Below, in pieces: positions 44,016-55,840 of a DNA stretch of 64,000 nucleotides (its first letter is position 1; each line of letters begins with the position of its first letter). This DNA comes from Candidatus Bathyarchaeota archaeon (GTDB lineage: Archaea > Thermoproteota > Bathyarchaeia > 40CM-2-53-6), in contig CAWHWX010000016.1 in the NCBI GenBank assembly GCA_963833125.1, positions 352,001 to 416,000 of the forward strand, in the 5' to 3' direction. The notes beneath the pieces are model-generated. The model had not been told where the DNA came from, did no database searches, and saw only the letters and a list, made by a program, of their open reading frames with translations. Made by a program: the position numbers and the translations under genes.

Positions 44016-46272
44016 AGTGTTTCATCTCGCTTGTAATCTGTGAGCAAGCTTTGCTCGGTTGTTTCGGCGCCTTTTGCGTTGAGCGTTTCCCATTCTTCCG
44101 CCTTTATGAGTCCGCCAACCTGTTCCTTAATTTTCTTGGCGAGTGACGGACCAATCAAGGGTACGTTCATCAGGTCTGTCACAGAGGCATGTTTCAAATC
44201 GGCCAGGTTTCTATAGCCAGCGTTGAAAAGTGACCTCGCCCGAACCCGACCTACTCCGTCGAGTTCGACCAATGGGACAAGTTCAGATTTCACCCCTTTA
44301 GCGCAACGAATTTGGAGTTCGTTGGCTTGGCTTAACAGGTCTTTATGGCCGAACAGTTCTGCCAATTGATAGGTGGCATGCAAGAGCCATCTTGAAGTAT
44401 CCACCATTCGGAGGATGTCGCCGGGCTCGACCCTGTGAACTTCTAGTATTCCATCTTCGGAGGTTTCGTTGATCCATTCATACATGACTCTCGCGCATTT
44501 GATTTCGGCGAGAAATTCTTCGTAAGTGATTCCATTCGTATCACCGTAATATTCCGGTACTTCGCACATGTACTCGTCTTGGTGCTCCTTAGCGAACAGG
44601 TCCAGCATCTCGTCTTCGCCGCGTCGAGGATACAGCTTGGGAGAAATGTCAGGCGTTCTAGAGATTAGGTGGAGGAAGCTAACGTCGGTGACGTGTTTTG
44701 CCCGAGTGTACAGTCCATCGCGAAGTATGACCCCCGAAACTGGGTCGATATAGAGTTCGGAGACGCGTCGGCCGAACCTAGTGGCCTTCAGCTCGTCCCC
44801 CGCAAACTCAACCATCTGCTCTCTGTGGAGGAATGAGAGTATCTCTCCCAATTTCCCTTTGATCATCTTAGGGTCATATTGGAATGCGTAGAAGGTTTTC
44901 GCGAAAAACCTTTCCAGGCCATCCTCTGATGTCGCAAACCTCGTAGCGATAGTCGCCAATACGTGCGGCCTCAAAACTTTCTCTGCTCCAAGCTTAGACC
45001 AGATTCTCTCGGGTTCGGCTAACGGGTAATTCTTCAGCAGGTAATCCTGCTCATCCTCAGTTCGTGCAATGAGGATTGCCTCCCCGAACTTATCGTATCT
45101 CGGCCGACCCGCCCTCCCACACATTTGCTTATACTCCAGGACGGAGATCGGGTACCGTCCATAGCCGGGTTCGTAGCGTTCATAGCTGCTGATGATTACC
45201 GTTCGTGCGGGCAGATTCACTCCGGCTGCAACTGTGGGTGTCGCTGAGAGGATCTTGAGCCGCCCACTCTTGAATGACTCTTCCACGATCCTGCGATGTG
45301 CGCCGGGCAAGCCGGCGTGGTGAAATGCTACTCCGCTGAGAACTTGCTCAGCGAGAGTTTCGCCAAGCCGTGTTCTCTCGCCTGTCGACAGGATTCGTTG
45401 TGCGATGTTTTCTAAGCCCCTGCGGTCAGGTTTAGCCAGGCTTCTCCGTAACACCGCGGCCGCCTTCTTTCCCATCTCGACAGCCGTGCGCCTGGTTTCA
45501 GCGAAAATTAGAACCTGACCTCCATCTCGTATGACGTCAAGTGCAGTTTCGAATATTGGGTTCGCTGCCGAATTCGGAATAGCTCTTGAGGAGCCGTCCT
45601 TGAATTGGATTTGTCCGTTGTAGAATACTCCTTCGCGAGGGGAACGGGTCGCCAGTCGGTTGTGATCTGAGCGGCTTGGAGCCATTCGCCGATCTCGGCT
45701 GCGTTCTTTATGGTTGCACTTAGCGCGATGATTTGCAGTTTCGGGTTAATCTTGAGCAGCCGTGTCAGAACCACTTCTAAGGTGGGGCCTCTATCCGCTT
45801 CTGTGATCAGGTGGATTTCGTCGGCTACAACAACGGTCACGTCGGCGATCCAAGGGGATCGATGTCGAAGGAGTGAATCAGCCTTCTCGTTGGTTGATAT
45901 GATTACGTCGTAGTTAGATAGGTGGAGGTCTGAGCTGTCGTAATCGCCACTTGTGATGGCGACCCTAACCTTACGGCCGGGTGATTTTTCAATTTCAGAG
46001 TACTTTTGAAAATCCTCGAACTTTTCACTTGCTAGCGCACGAAGGGGGGTGAGGTATAGTGCCTTCCCGTCATGCTCCAGTATTGATTTCAAAACGGCAA
46101 GTTCAGCCACGAGAGTTTTCCCTGAGGCTGTTGGGCTTGCGAGTACGAGGTTCTTTCCATCAAGAACCCCCGCTTTAATCGCGTCTTCTTGCGGCGGGTA
46201 CAGGGTTTCGTATCCCGCTTTGGCGACTACCGCCTTTACTGAGTCTGGGATAGGGAGTTCGTCTACTCGCAA
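44012..46272 (-). CDS. hel308: Ski2-like DNA helicase Hel308; frameshift near 45640
   Basis: PTASGKT, DEIH, SAT, FHHAGL, QMCGRAGRP and C-terminal HhH. Confidence 0.92.
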
Positions 46273-46287
46273 GTTTCTAAGCGTCTC

Positions 46288-48329
46288 TCAGGCTGCCGTT
46301 CGCTTCAGGTGGCCGGGCTTCGGCGAATAAAGGATTCCCTCCTTAACAAGTTGGTCAATGAGTCTTCTCGATTCATCATCCGTGAGGTCCACCTTGCGGG
46401 AGAGCGCTTGGTAGAGGGTTGAATCTTCAACGATACCAAGCTGCTTTTCCAAATCGGCGAAGGTACTTAGCACGATTTGCATCTTATCGCGCAAGCTCTT
46501 TGGTTTGCCCGTCATGATTACGTCAATGTCTATCTTTCCCGTCGTGGTATCGATGCCCACATCTTGGAGAGATAATGTCATTAAACGAATTATTGCCTGC
46601 GCATCCTCAGCTTCTACGCGGTCACGCAAGAAGCTTTTCGCCCTAGCCTCAGCAAGTCTCACCAACCCTTCCAGTTGTCTAGGAGTTATCACGACGGGGG
46701 ATTCGCTGGATCCGGATAGGGAGCGCATCTTCAGGTAATACTGCCGGATAGCATTCACTGAATCCTCGGTTAAGACGGGTTCTATGCGTTTTGCGTAGGC
46801 TATGTATTTGCGCAGCATTTCGGGAAGTAGCGGTGGCTCCTCTGGCGTCGTCTTCAATCTGTGAAGAGTCAATATGTGTTCGGACATTCGACTATCAGCG
46901 TCCACCTCGGGAACATCCTTCATGATGAAAAGAAGGTCGAAGCGCGATAGTAGGGTCACTGGAAGGTTGATGTTGTCAGTTAAGTTCCTGTACGGATCAT
47001 ACCTCCCCAACGCCGGGTTGGCGGCTGCTAGGACTGCCGCTCGAGCATTCAATGTAGCCACAATTCCTCCCTTCGCCACACTGACGGTGTGTTGTTCCAG
47101 AGCTTCGTGTATTGCTACTCTGTCCTCTGGCCTCATTTTGTCCATCTCGTCGATGCAAGCGATTCCTTTGTCCGCGAGTACGAGGGCTCCTGCTTCTAGT
47201 ACCATGCCCCCAGATTTTTCGCGCACTACAGCGGCGGTGAGTCCTGCTGCCGTCGTTCCTCGGCCGCTCGTGTAGAGTCCTCGTGGGGCTATGCGGGAAA
47301 CGTATTGGAGTAATTGGCTTTTGGCAACTCCGGGATCTCCCACGAGAAGGACGTTTATCTCACTCCTAATCGAGACTCCGTCTGGTAGTCTCTTTGGAAC
47401 TCCTCCGAATAGCAGGTAGAGTACGGCTTCTTTGATGTCACCGTAGCCGTAGATTGATGGGGCGAGCGAGGCGATGAGTTTTCGGTGGATGAACGGGTCT
47501 TTCGCCAGCTCCCGGATCACTCTCTCATCTTCAGGAGTTATCTCGACGACCTCAACCTCTTTGCCGACGATGTCTACGTAGTTCGCGTCGAGTTGGAGGT
47601 CGAATGTTCGCAGCCTGGCTTTGCGACCCACGTATTCCTGCTGAGCCCTTGCAGTGCCGGTTATTGAGACTCGGTCGCCTGGGCGTGCAATGTCTACCAT
47701 ATCCTCGGATAGTTTGATGTCCATTGCCCTGGGCAACTGGCCGGGGGGTAGGTCTTCGGGTCTTTCTTGTATTCGGATTTCCTGTGAGTTCATGAAGGTC
47801 GACTGTTTCTCGAGGAATTCAAAGACTGCGAGATCTACAATGAGCACAGACTCCTGGGCCGCGCATGAGCACCCCGGCTTGTTCGATGTAGCTCATTGCG
47901 TTGCATTTGCGGCATTGGAATGCGGCTTTGAGTAGTAATGGTTTGACGGAAGTTGATCGGACGATGATTCCATCTATGGATAGCAATCGCCCGATGTTCT
48001 CAGATCCGATTAGGCGGAGGGAGTGTTTCTCGGGAAGTTTCCTGCATCTGACGCGGAGTTTCTTTATGATTTCCGCAGTACTCTGGGTCTTCGATCTTGA
48101 GCTGTGCCCAACCACTTCGGTCCAGATATTCGAGATATTCATCGGGTTTGTCGAGAATAGAGCGGGCAAGTTCCGGATCGTATGCGATCAGGTCATCGAA
48201 ATCGACGACGAGTGAGCGTGAGCCAGATAAGGCAACATGACCAAGGCGCTTTCTATACTTGTATTCGCCTTCCGCCGTGAAAGAGCGGAGGAAGTCTTGG
48301 AAGCGTTCCTCCGGGTTTTGAGAAGTCAA
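46288..48329 (-). CDS. mcm: Replicative helicase MCM; frameshifts near 47830 and 48075
   Basis: C4 Zn finger, GDPGVAKS, IDEMDKM and LLSRFD. Confidence 0.96.
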
Positions 48330-48889
48330 GACTTCAGCGCACTTCCAAGAAGCTTAGTCTTCCAATCCATGATCGTCTTGTTCAGAATCAAGTATAGGAT
48401 TCGTTCTTCGTAGGTTAGCACTTGGATCAGTTCTTCGGAGGGTGTTGGAGATGCGGCAAGTGAGACTATTTTGCGGATTCTGCAATTGACGATGTCTCGG
48501 ACAAGGCTCTCTGTTCTCTCCAGCTCACGCAGCTTGACTTGGTCCTGTTTGCTCGATTCTTTGAGTTCGATTACGTGGCGTCTGAGTAGGCAGTAGAAAT
48601 TTGGTTGAAGTGCGGGCAGCTGCCTGGAAGCGGGAATTGTCTCCCGCCAGTGAATCTTGGAAAGAGTATTGTAATTGAGAACGTCTTCTTCGCGGAACCT
48701 CGCATATCCTAATTGAACAAGCTCTCTAGCCGTCCAGTATGGGACTTCAACTTCTTGTCCCATTTTGGATGACAGAATTCTGGATAGCCTAGGCGAAGTT
48801 TCAGGAATTTCGCGCGTTAATACGATCCTGGTTTGTGAATTTTCGAAATCGAAGTCAATATCCTCTACGGACATCAGGGCTTCCGACAA
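48326..48889 (-). CDS. gins23: GINS23 subunit
   Basis: EVPYW.A..L, R.RKIV and LTYEER; overlaps the mcm start. Confidence 0.8.
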   Translation of the reverse strand: MSEALMSVEDIDFDFENSQTRIVLTREIPETSPRLSRILSSKMGQEVEVPYWTARELVQLGYARFREEDVLNYNTLSKIHWRETIPASRQLPALQPNFYCLLRRHVIELKESSKQDQVKLRELERTESLVRDIVNCRIRKIVSLAASPTPSEELIQVLTYEERILYLILNKTIMDWKTKLLGSALKS

Positions 48890-49134
48890 GAATAAACCAC
48901 CAACTTTCCACTTCGCTTAGGTTTCTGAATTTAAGTTGTTCGAACGAGGAAATTTGAATAGGATACTACAAATTGCCACTGCAGGGAGAAACTGGACCAC
49001 AGAGGCCAATGAAACTGATCGTGGTTTTCCGTGTGATTACTTTGCTCATGTTTAGCTGGGGCCAAGGCTTTTGAATGACGCAAACGAACTGGGCCGCACT
49101 GGAAGTCCAAAGGAAATTCATACCGTGATTTTGA

Positions 49135-50118
49135 ATGTTGAGTGAAACGGGCCTTATGTGGATCGAGAAATACCGGCCGCGAACCCTTGACGAGGTCGTT
49201 AATCAAAAAGAAACGGTTGAGGGATTGAGAGCCCTTCTCAAGTCACCCGCGACTATGCCCCACCTACTGTTCGCGGGACCGCCGGGCACGGGGAAGAGCA
49301 GTGTTGGACTTTGCATAGCACGGCAGTTGATGGGTGACAACTTCAGGAGGCTTGTGCTGGAACTGAACGCGTCCGACGAACGCGGCATTGGCGTGGTTCG
49401 AGAGCGCATCAAAGGTTTCTCGCAAATTATTCAAACTACAGCTTCCGGCGTTCAATTTGGGCTCGTAATTCTTGACGAATCTGACGAAATGACGAAGGAC
49501 GCACAGACCGCTCTCAGGAGAATAATGGAAACAGCATCCAGAACATGCCGCTTCATACTGATCTGCAACTACCAAAGCGGAATAATCGAACCTATTCAGA
49601 GCAGATGCTCGGTCTTCAGGTTTAGGCAACTTGAGGAGATTGACGCCACCAGTTACCTGGACAGAATATGCAAGTCGGAGAAAATAGAAGCAGACACGAA
49701 GGTTCTCCGAAGAATTTTGGAACTCTCAGAAGGAGACCTCAGGCGGGCGGTTAACTATCTCCAAGTTGTCGCGAGTAGCTCGAAGGGCGGACGATTAGAC
49801 CTCTCAGCTTTGGAAAAGTTTCAACCCGAAGCACAGAGTAGTCTCATACGCAATATGCTGACGCTGGCAATTAAGGGAGATTTCATCAAAGCTAGAGACG
49901 CCATGTACGAGCTGATGGGTAAGTATGGAGTGAGCGGAAGGGAGATTATTCGTGCGGCAAACCGGGAAATTAGCCGGATTCCCGAAGCAACCGGAGAAAA
50001 GCAGGTGGAGATTGTGCGCGCCCTGGGAGAGTGCGATTTCAGGTTAACGCAGGGAGCGAACGAAGACATCCAACTGAGCGCCATGCTTGCTCAAGTTGTA
50101 GAAATCGGAAGAAAGTAA
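49135..50118 (+). CDS. rfcS: Replication factor C small subunit
   Basis: WIEKYRP, GPPGTGKS, ELNASDERG and SRC. Confidence 0.95.
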   Translation: MLSETGLMWIEKYRPRTLDEVVNQKETVEGLRALLKSPATMPHLLFAGPPGTGKSSVGLCIARQLMGDNFRRLVLELNASDERGIGVVRERIKGFSQIIQTTASGVQFGLVILDESDEMTKDAQTALRRIMETASRTCRFILICNYQSGIIEPIQSRCSVFRFRQLEEIDATSYLDRICKSEKIEADTKVLRRILELSEGDLRRAVNYLQVVASSSKGGRLDLSALEKFQPEAQSSLIRNMLTLAIKGDFIKARDAMYELMGKYGVSGREIIRAANREISRIPEATGEKQVEIVRALGECDFRLTQGANEDIQLSAMLAQVVEIGRK

Positions 50119-50119
50119 C

Positions 50120-51920
50120 GTGCAAGCTCAGACGGAGCAGAACGTGGCCTGGACGGAGAAATACCGCCCACAAACCACCGCTATGCTGCTCGGAAATGAG
50201 GACTCAGTTGAGAAATTCAAAACGTGGCTAAAGCAGTGGACACTAAAGAAGAAACCAACTAAAGCCTGCCTGCTCGTTGGTCCGCCCGGCGTAGGAAAGA
50301 CTACTCTTGCTAGAGCCGCAGCCGGTGACTTTGGATTCCGGGTTGTGGAACTGAATGCGAGTGATGTTCGGACCGAGAAGACGATTAAGAAAGTGTTGGC
50401 ACCCGCAAGCACCTCAATGACACTCGACGTCTTCTCAACCGGGAGTCGAGGCAACCTAATACTCCTTGATGAGGTGGATGGCGTTTTCGGTCGTGAGGAC
50501 CGAGGCGGGTTGGGCGCAGTCCTAACAGCAATTAAAGACGCGCCCCTCCCCATCGTACTCACCGCCAATAACATTGACGACGAGAAATTTGACGACTTGA
50601 GGAAGGTCTGCGTCGTCCTCCCCATGTATGAAATCAGGCCACGCCTCCTCGTCTCGTTACTCAACTACATACTCACCAAGGAGGGGCAGTCGCTGCCGCT
50701 GAAAGTTGTGAAAAAGCTCGCTGGCGAGAGTTACGGGGACATTCGATCAGCGATCAATGATGCTCAGACTATGTCAACAAGCGGAATCCAAACTCTACGT
50801 TCAACCCGAACCAGAGAACTCAATGAGAGGAGTACGGTTCGCGGGATGTTCGCCGGGAAAGGTCTAGGCCGCCTCACGGCGTGTCCTTAACGAGACTGAG
50901 ATTCCCCTCTACCGCGACGAGCTTCTCCTACTAATCCACGACATCCTTCCCTACATCTACACATCACCAGATAAGTTGGCTAAAGCGTACGACGCGCTTT
51001 CAAGGGCAGATATGGGCTACGGACGGGTGGGCGCCAGGAGATCGCGAGGCATGATGCCTCCCCCATTCAACCTTCCACGCCGAGACCAAGTTCCCGAATG
51101 GAGCCTTCTACCCGTCGCTTTGAACGAGTTAGCTTCAGTCGGTACGGAGAAACCGGATGAAGATCCTGATCACGCGTTGCAAGTGGCGCCACGAGTTTCA
51201 ACAAAGACCGTTGACAGATTTCAATATCGACTCTGGGCGCTAGACCATCTTTGTGGCCGACTGGCCCGAGCCTGCCACCTCTCGAAACGCAAAGCACTTC
51301 TGGATCTCGTTCCATTCGTCGTGGAACTCTTTCGGATCAACGAGACTCAGGGCAGAGAGATCGCGCTTCAGCTGGAACTGGAGGAGCGCGACATCGACTT
51401 CCTAGTCTCCGAGTCGAAGGTTCAACCCGCAGCGACTGGGCCGCAGGAACTGCTTGACCCAACCGGTTTCAAACTGCCATACATGGGTAAGGACAAATTC
51501 ATCCAACTCATGAGAGCGGGAATCAGCTACGACCGAAACGGTGGGAAGTTTGTAGTCCGACGCCTCGACAATCTAGACGCAGTCGAGGAAAGGCTAGCTG
51601 GGATTCTGTCCAGCCCCGTCAAGTTTGTGCGACCTGAGGAAGTTGTAGCTCGCGGTGAAGGGGAAGCTATCCAGGAATGTTTCGTTGATGGACTGCAAGT
51701 TGTATGTGACAAATGCGAGTTCATTGAAAGCTGTCCAACTCATACAGTCACATCCTTGAAGTTCTGCCTGTGCGACGAAACGGTATCTGATCCGAAGAGT
51801 TACGAGAAGTATGTAGCGAAGAATGCGCCACCTACAAAGGCTCCGAAAGCAGCTAAAGCTGTAAAGCAGGACAGGGGCCGCAAGAAGCGTCAGGGACCTT
51901 TGGCTAGTCCAATTAAGTGA
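50120..51920 (+). CDS. rfcL: Replication factor C large subunit with Cys-rich C-terminal extension; frameshift near 50870
   Basis: WTEKYRP, GPPGVGKT, ELNASD and DEVDG; continues RVLNETEIPL..LAKAYD into ORF 50976-51920. Confidence 0.85.
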
Positions 51921-52423
51921 CCCAACTCGGGGAGAATCAGTTTCTCCATAGCGGTCCGCACAGCATTCGGTGATCCGGGCAGGCAGAATATTGCTCTCCG
52001 CTTTATCGTGCCCGCGAACGCCCGACTCATCATGGCCGCAGAGCCTATCTCGTCAAAACTGATCTTTCTGAACAATTCACCGAATCCTGGAATCTCCCGA
52101 TCCAACATCGGGGAAATGGCCTCGAACGTAACATCCGTAGACGAGAGCCCAGTGCCTCCGGTGATGATCACTACGTCAACGTCCCGGTTCGAAAGCGCAC
52201 CTCTCGTAGCCTTCCGGATCATAGGCTTAGAATCTGAAATTAGTTGCCGTCCCGCAATTTTATGGCCGGCATTGGCAGCGAGCTGTTCAATGATGTCGCC
52301 CGACTCGTCGTCGGGGTTCTGTTTCGCCTTCAGCTGCTTGAATTTCGATGTGCTACAGGTGATAACGTAAACGGTGGCTGTTTCTGGCGATGATTGCTTG
52401 TGTAGTTTTGAAGTTTCGCTCAT
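51890..52423 (-). CDS. moaB: Molybdenum cofactor biosynthesis protein MoaB/Mog
   Basis: DESG, TGGTG, PGFGELFR and LPGSP. Confidence 0.9.
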   Translation of the reverse strand: MSETSKLHKQSSPETATVYVITCSTSKFKQLKAKQNPDDESGDIIEQLAANAGHKIAGRQLISDSKPMIRKATRGALSNRDVDVVIITGGTGLSSTDVTFEAISPMLDREIPGFGELFRKISFDEIGSAAMMSRAFAGTIKRRAIFCLPGSPNAVRTAMEKLILPELGHLIGLAKGP

Positions 52424-52426
52424 TTC

Positions 52427-52867
52427 TCATCGCTTAATTTTCTTCGTGACCCGCAAGTTGGTGATCACGGTGCTCGGGTATTGTCCTTTCGAGTCCTTCT
52501 CGTATTGTTTGACCATGTCCCATATAGTGAGCAGGTAGGTTGAAGCAGCAGTAAGCGCCTCCATCTCCACCCCAGTCCTTGCTAGACCTTTGACGTAAGA
52601 CTCAACTCGCAACGTATTTCCTTGGAACGAATGCTTCGTGCGAACGGTCGTTAATGGTATCGAGTGGCAAAAGGGCAGTAGGTGGGGTGTATCCTTAGCC
52701 GCCATAATCGCCGCGATTTCCGCCGCCGCTACCGCATCACCCTTCGCTATTCCCCCTGACCTTATTCGCTTGATCGTGCTCGGCTTCAACCTGATTTCGC
52801 CAACGGCGAAAGCTTCTCTCGAAATGATGTCTTTCTGCGAGATGTCTATCATCGAGAACCGTTGCAT
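52427..52867 (-). CDS. moaC: Cyclic pyranopterin monophosphate synthase
   Basis: MIDIS.K, LPFCH, TGVEMEAL and WDMVK. Confidence 0.93.
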   Translation of the reverse strand: MQRFSMIDISQKDIISREAFAVGEIRLKPSTIKRIRSGGIAKGDAVAAAEIAAIMAAKDTPHLLPFCHSIPLTTVRTKHSFQGNTLRVESYVKGLARTGVEMEALTAASTYLLTIWDMVKQYEKDSKGQYPSTVITNLRVTKKIKR

Positions 52868-52959
52868 TACAGACTACCTCTGAGACGATGATAACGCGTA
52901 GAGGTAAGTTATCTGTTGCGCCGGAACTGGATCCGCCGCGTAACTAGATTAATGGGTAT

Positions 52960-54184
52960 TTACTTTCGTTGGGACCGCTTTTTGCTCGTGGTTGCCAGTG
53001 CAGCCTCTAATTGTTCACGCATTGTGGAGGCGGGTATGTTCTGTAGGCCGAGTAGGGTTGTTTTGCCGCGGACGCCTTCCCCTGATTTTGAAGCCGCTAT
53101 GACGCCTATGGCGCTTAAGCCGCGGGCGTATTTCCAGATTTGCGTGTGTTTTCTGGGTTTATCGTTGTATTCCTCGCAGACGGCTTTGTATTCGCGTTCA
53201 ACGGTTCCGATGTTGGCGTAGGCTTCCTGCGACTCCTCAAGGGTCCTTGCTAAGGCTAGTAGCATGTATTTTTCGTGGGAAGATAGTGCGGCAATGTATT
53301 CGCCGCGCAGCATGGGGTAAACGCTTCCCGCCGCTTTGCGGACATGTTCGGTGAGAACTCGCTTTGAAGGTTCTGAATCCGCATACTTTCCTGCTCGCCA
53401 GATAAGTTCTATGGCGTATCGAGCATCACCACTCTGCCCTCCTACGTCAGCGACAAGTTCTAGGGCTTCGTCGGCTACCGCGTTTTCTTTGAAAGCTAAG
53501 CTGACGCGGGCTTGGAGTATATCGATTAGTTGACGGGAATTGTACTTGTCAAGTTTGACGATGTTCCTTTGCAGGGTATCGACAGTGCTTCTATCCAGTT
53601 TTTGTAGGTATTCGAGTTCGCGGAGTATGAAGATGAGTGATAGGCGGATTGGTTTTCCAACCCGTTCCTCTTGGATGCGGGTCAGGTTGTAGATTGGGGT
53701 TGACTCCTCCACCCTGATCAAGTGTTCAACTTCATCTAGAGCCAGTATGAGGTGCATGTTCTTGTCGTCAAGCATGTCCATTAGAGTGTGGAGAAGTTCT
53801 TCGGGTGCGAAGCCGCGTTTTGGAAATTCAGGTTCGAACTGCGTCAGAACCCGTTTGATGATCATGAAGAGGCTGCCTTTCGCTTCGCGGCAGTTGACGT
53901 GAACATAATGGAGATTGACCTTTCGCCCCCTCGCAGCCTTGACTAGGTCTGTGCCGAAGCGTTGGACCAAAACCGTCTTCCCAGTTCCCACATCGCCCGT
54001 GATCAGAACTCGTTGGCTTGTGGAGAACGGGCTGTCAAGGGAAAAACGGAAGAGTTGCGTTAGAAAACGCATCTGATCGTCGCGGGTGAGGAAGGTTGCG
54101 GGGTAGGAACTCCAACGAAAGAGGGGTTTCGTCCTTGAAAACTGTCGGTCTCTCTAACGTCTCTTTAACGATGTCGGAAGACAA
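52960..54184 (-). CDS. cdc6: Cdc6/Orc1 replication initiator; +1 indel near 54085
   Basis: VFKDE..LPHRD N-terminus read manually, GDVGTGKT, LDEVE, GDAR and wHTH G.RGKT. Confidence 0.93.
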
Positions 54185-54302
54185 TTGAACGAGAGCCCCT
54201 ACTCTGGGCATGGTTTACAATACTCCCATTTTACGGTGTTTGTTGTCTAAGACGATAAAAATAGGAGAGCAGGGTGAAACTGATTGACGGGCTACGTTAA
54301 AC

Positions 54303-54330
54303 TTCTTAGTCTTAGGCGCAAGACTAAGTA
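54303..54330. promoter_or_regulatory. 11-6-11 inverted repeat upstream of cdc6
   Basis: TTCTTAGTCTT-AGGCGC-AAGACTAAGTA, 10/11 arm match. Confidence 0.35.
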
Positions 54331-54387
54331 AATTCTGCCTTCAGATGACGGTTTTTTCAGCACACCGAAACTAGGTAGGTGCTGAGA

Positions 54388-54430
54388 ACTTGACGTTACC
54401 ACTAAGAAAGGCAACGGGGCGTTGTCGGTT
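54388..54430. repeat. Junction repeat A plus left TIR
   Basis: ACTTGAC-GTTACC-ACTAAGAAA-GGCAAC-GGGGC-GTTGTCGGTT. Confidence 0.7.
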
Positions 54431-54507
54431 TTGGATTGCTCAAGAGGTAGCTGACACCAAATTCACCGCTGACCTACGGCCATTTGTTGACATTGATTCA
54501 GAATGCA
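54427..54507 (+). pseudogene. DDE transposase remnants
   Basis: FWIAQEVADTKFTADLRPL followed by LTLIQNA. Confidence 0.65.
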
Positions 54508-54556
54508 ATCGCTAAATACAAAGAATCAAAGCAGTGAAGTTAGAGGCAATCCAGAT

Positions 54557-54772
54557 TTGAAAGGCTTGACAAGCAAGCAGCATCTATTCATGCGGGTAAT
54601 ACTTGTAGTCAGCCTTGCAAATGCGGCAATTTACTACAATCTCTTCTTGAATCCCCAAGTTGTAACTGTACCATGGCAATTCGCCGAATTTGCCGTATTG
54701 GCAACTGCCGTTACCCTCTTCGCTCTTACAGTAAATCTACTCTTTTGGTGGAAGTACCAACGAAGTACCTAG
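54557..54772 (+). CDS. Small 2-TM cargo protein (paralog of 56909-57166)
   Basis: MKGLTSKQHLF...LFWWKYQ from TTG 54557. Confidence 0.6.
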   Translation: MKGLTSKQHLFMRVILVVSLANAAIYYNLFLNPQVVTVPWQFAEFAVLATAVTLFALTVNLLFWWKYQRST

Positions 54773-54990
54773 ACAAGATCACACCGCAGGTATCTGACAT
54801 ATGGAGAGCCGACGAACTATTCCTAAAAAGTAAGGGCAAACATGAAAGTACCTGTACGCACTCATGGACGATCAGACAAGATCTGGATAGGCCCAAATAA
54901 ATGTAACGTTATCTTCACTCATGCCTAGAAAGCAGGGATAGAAGTTAAGGGCAAAGACAGGTGGTTGACTCTGATTCAGAACGCTTCAAG
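54763..54990 (+). pseudogene. DDE transposase remnants
   Basis: KYLDKITPQVSDIWRADELFLK..YLYALMDDQTR; half-site GTAACGTTATC at 54903; then AGIEVKGKDRWLTLIQNA. Confidence 0.7.
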
Positions 54991-55117
54991 AAACCCACGA
55001 CTCGCTGATCGTTCGCAACTGCGACATCGGTCTGGCACGCAAAGGTGTTCTCGGCTTTCGACGCATTACGTTAAATAGTCTTAACTTCATGGCGACGTGT
55101 AGTGGCTTGGGGAGCTT

Positions 55118-55618
55118 ATGGTTCAAAGATTCAGGTTCATTGCCGTTTCGATCCTTTCGATTCTGGTGCTCACGATTATCGGAGCCAGCTTAGTCTCACC
55201 GGCATACGCTCAAACGATTACGCTTAATGTTTCGCCTAACCCTGTATTGTCCTCAACAACATATTTCTCTCTTACATACTCTGGTACGCTCGCCCAGCGT
55301 CTGCTGATCTAATACATATACTCCTGTATTCAGGTTCTGGGTGTTCGGTGTTTGCAAACAGCTTTGTTGTCGTAACCGCTAACGGTATCACGGGCGCCTT
55401 CAGTAGGAGCGTTATCCCCAATAATGATCCGGGGGTCGTATAGCGCCCAGGCGGTGGACATTACAAATCCAGGTGTCCCCGCATCAGGTTGCGTGAACTT
55501 CACAATCGACCCCGCCTCTTCCATACCTGAATACCCAGTCGGCTTAGCGATACTAGCAATCTTCATGATAATCGCATACGGCGTAATCAGAAGAAAAACG
55601 GCGACGAAACAAAAGTAA
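55118..55618 (+). CDS. Secreted cargo protein with PEF-CTERM-like anchor; frameshifted
   Basis: Signal PAYA|Q; IPEYPVGL + TM + RRK. Confidence 0.6.
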
Positions 55619-55689
55619 GAACCAATCAACGGCATGTTGCCGACTTTTCAACCATCAACCGAACGGTAACAGTCTTAAGAATTTCATTC

Positions 55690-55732
55690 ATCAACCGACA
55701 ACGTAACGTTACCACGAAAAAGGTAAGTGGCT
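55690..55732. repeat. Right TIR plus junction repeat B
   Basis: ATCAACCGACAAC-GTAAC-GTTACC-ACGAAAAA-GGTAAG-TGGCT. Confidence 0.75.
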
Positions 55733-55840
55733 GACCATAACTCAAAATGCGAGCCGTCGAATTTAATATCCGACGAAAAGCTAGTATGGTTTCGGGTTGT
55801 GGGGTCAGCGTAAGGTTGGAGCAGAAACGTAATCGTTGTC

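Noticed and set aside
44012-51920. Inteins in hel308, mcm or rfc
   Set aside because: Lengths are normal and no splice or LAGLIDADG motifs were seen.
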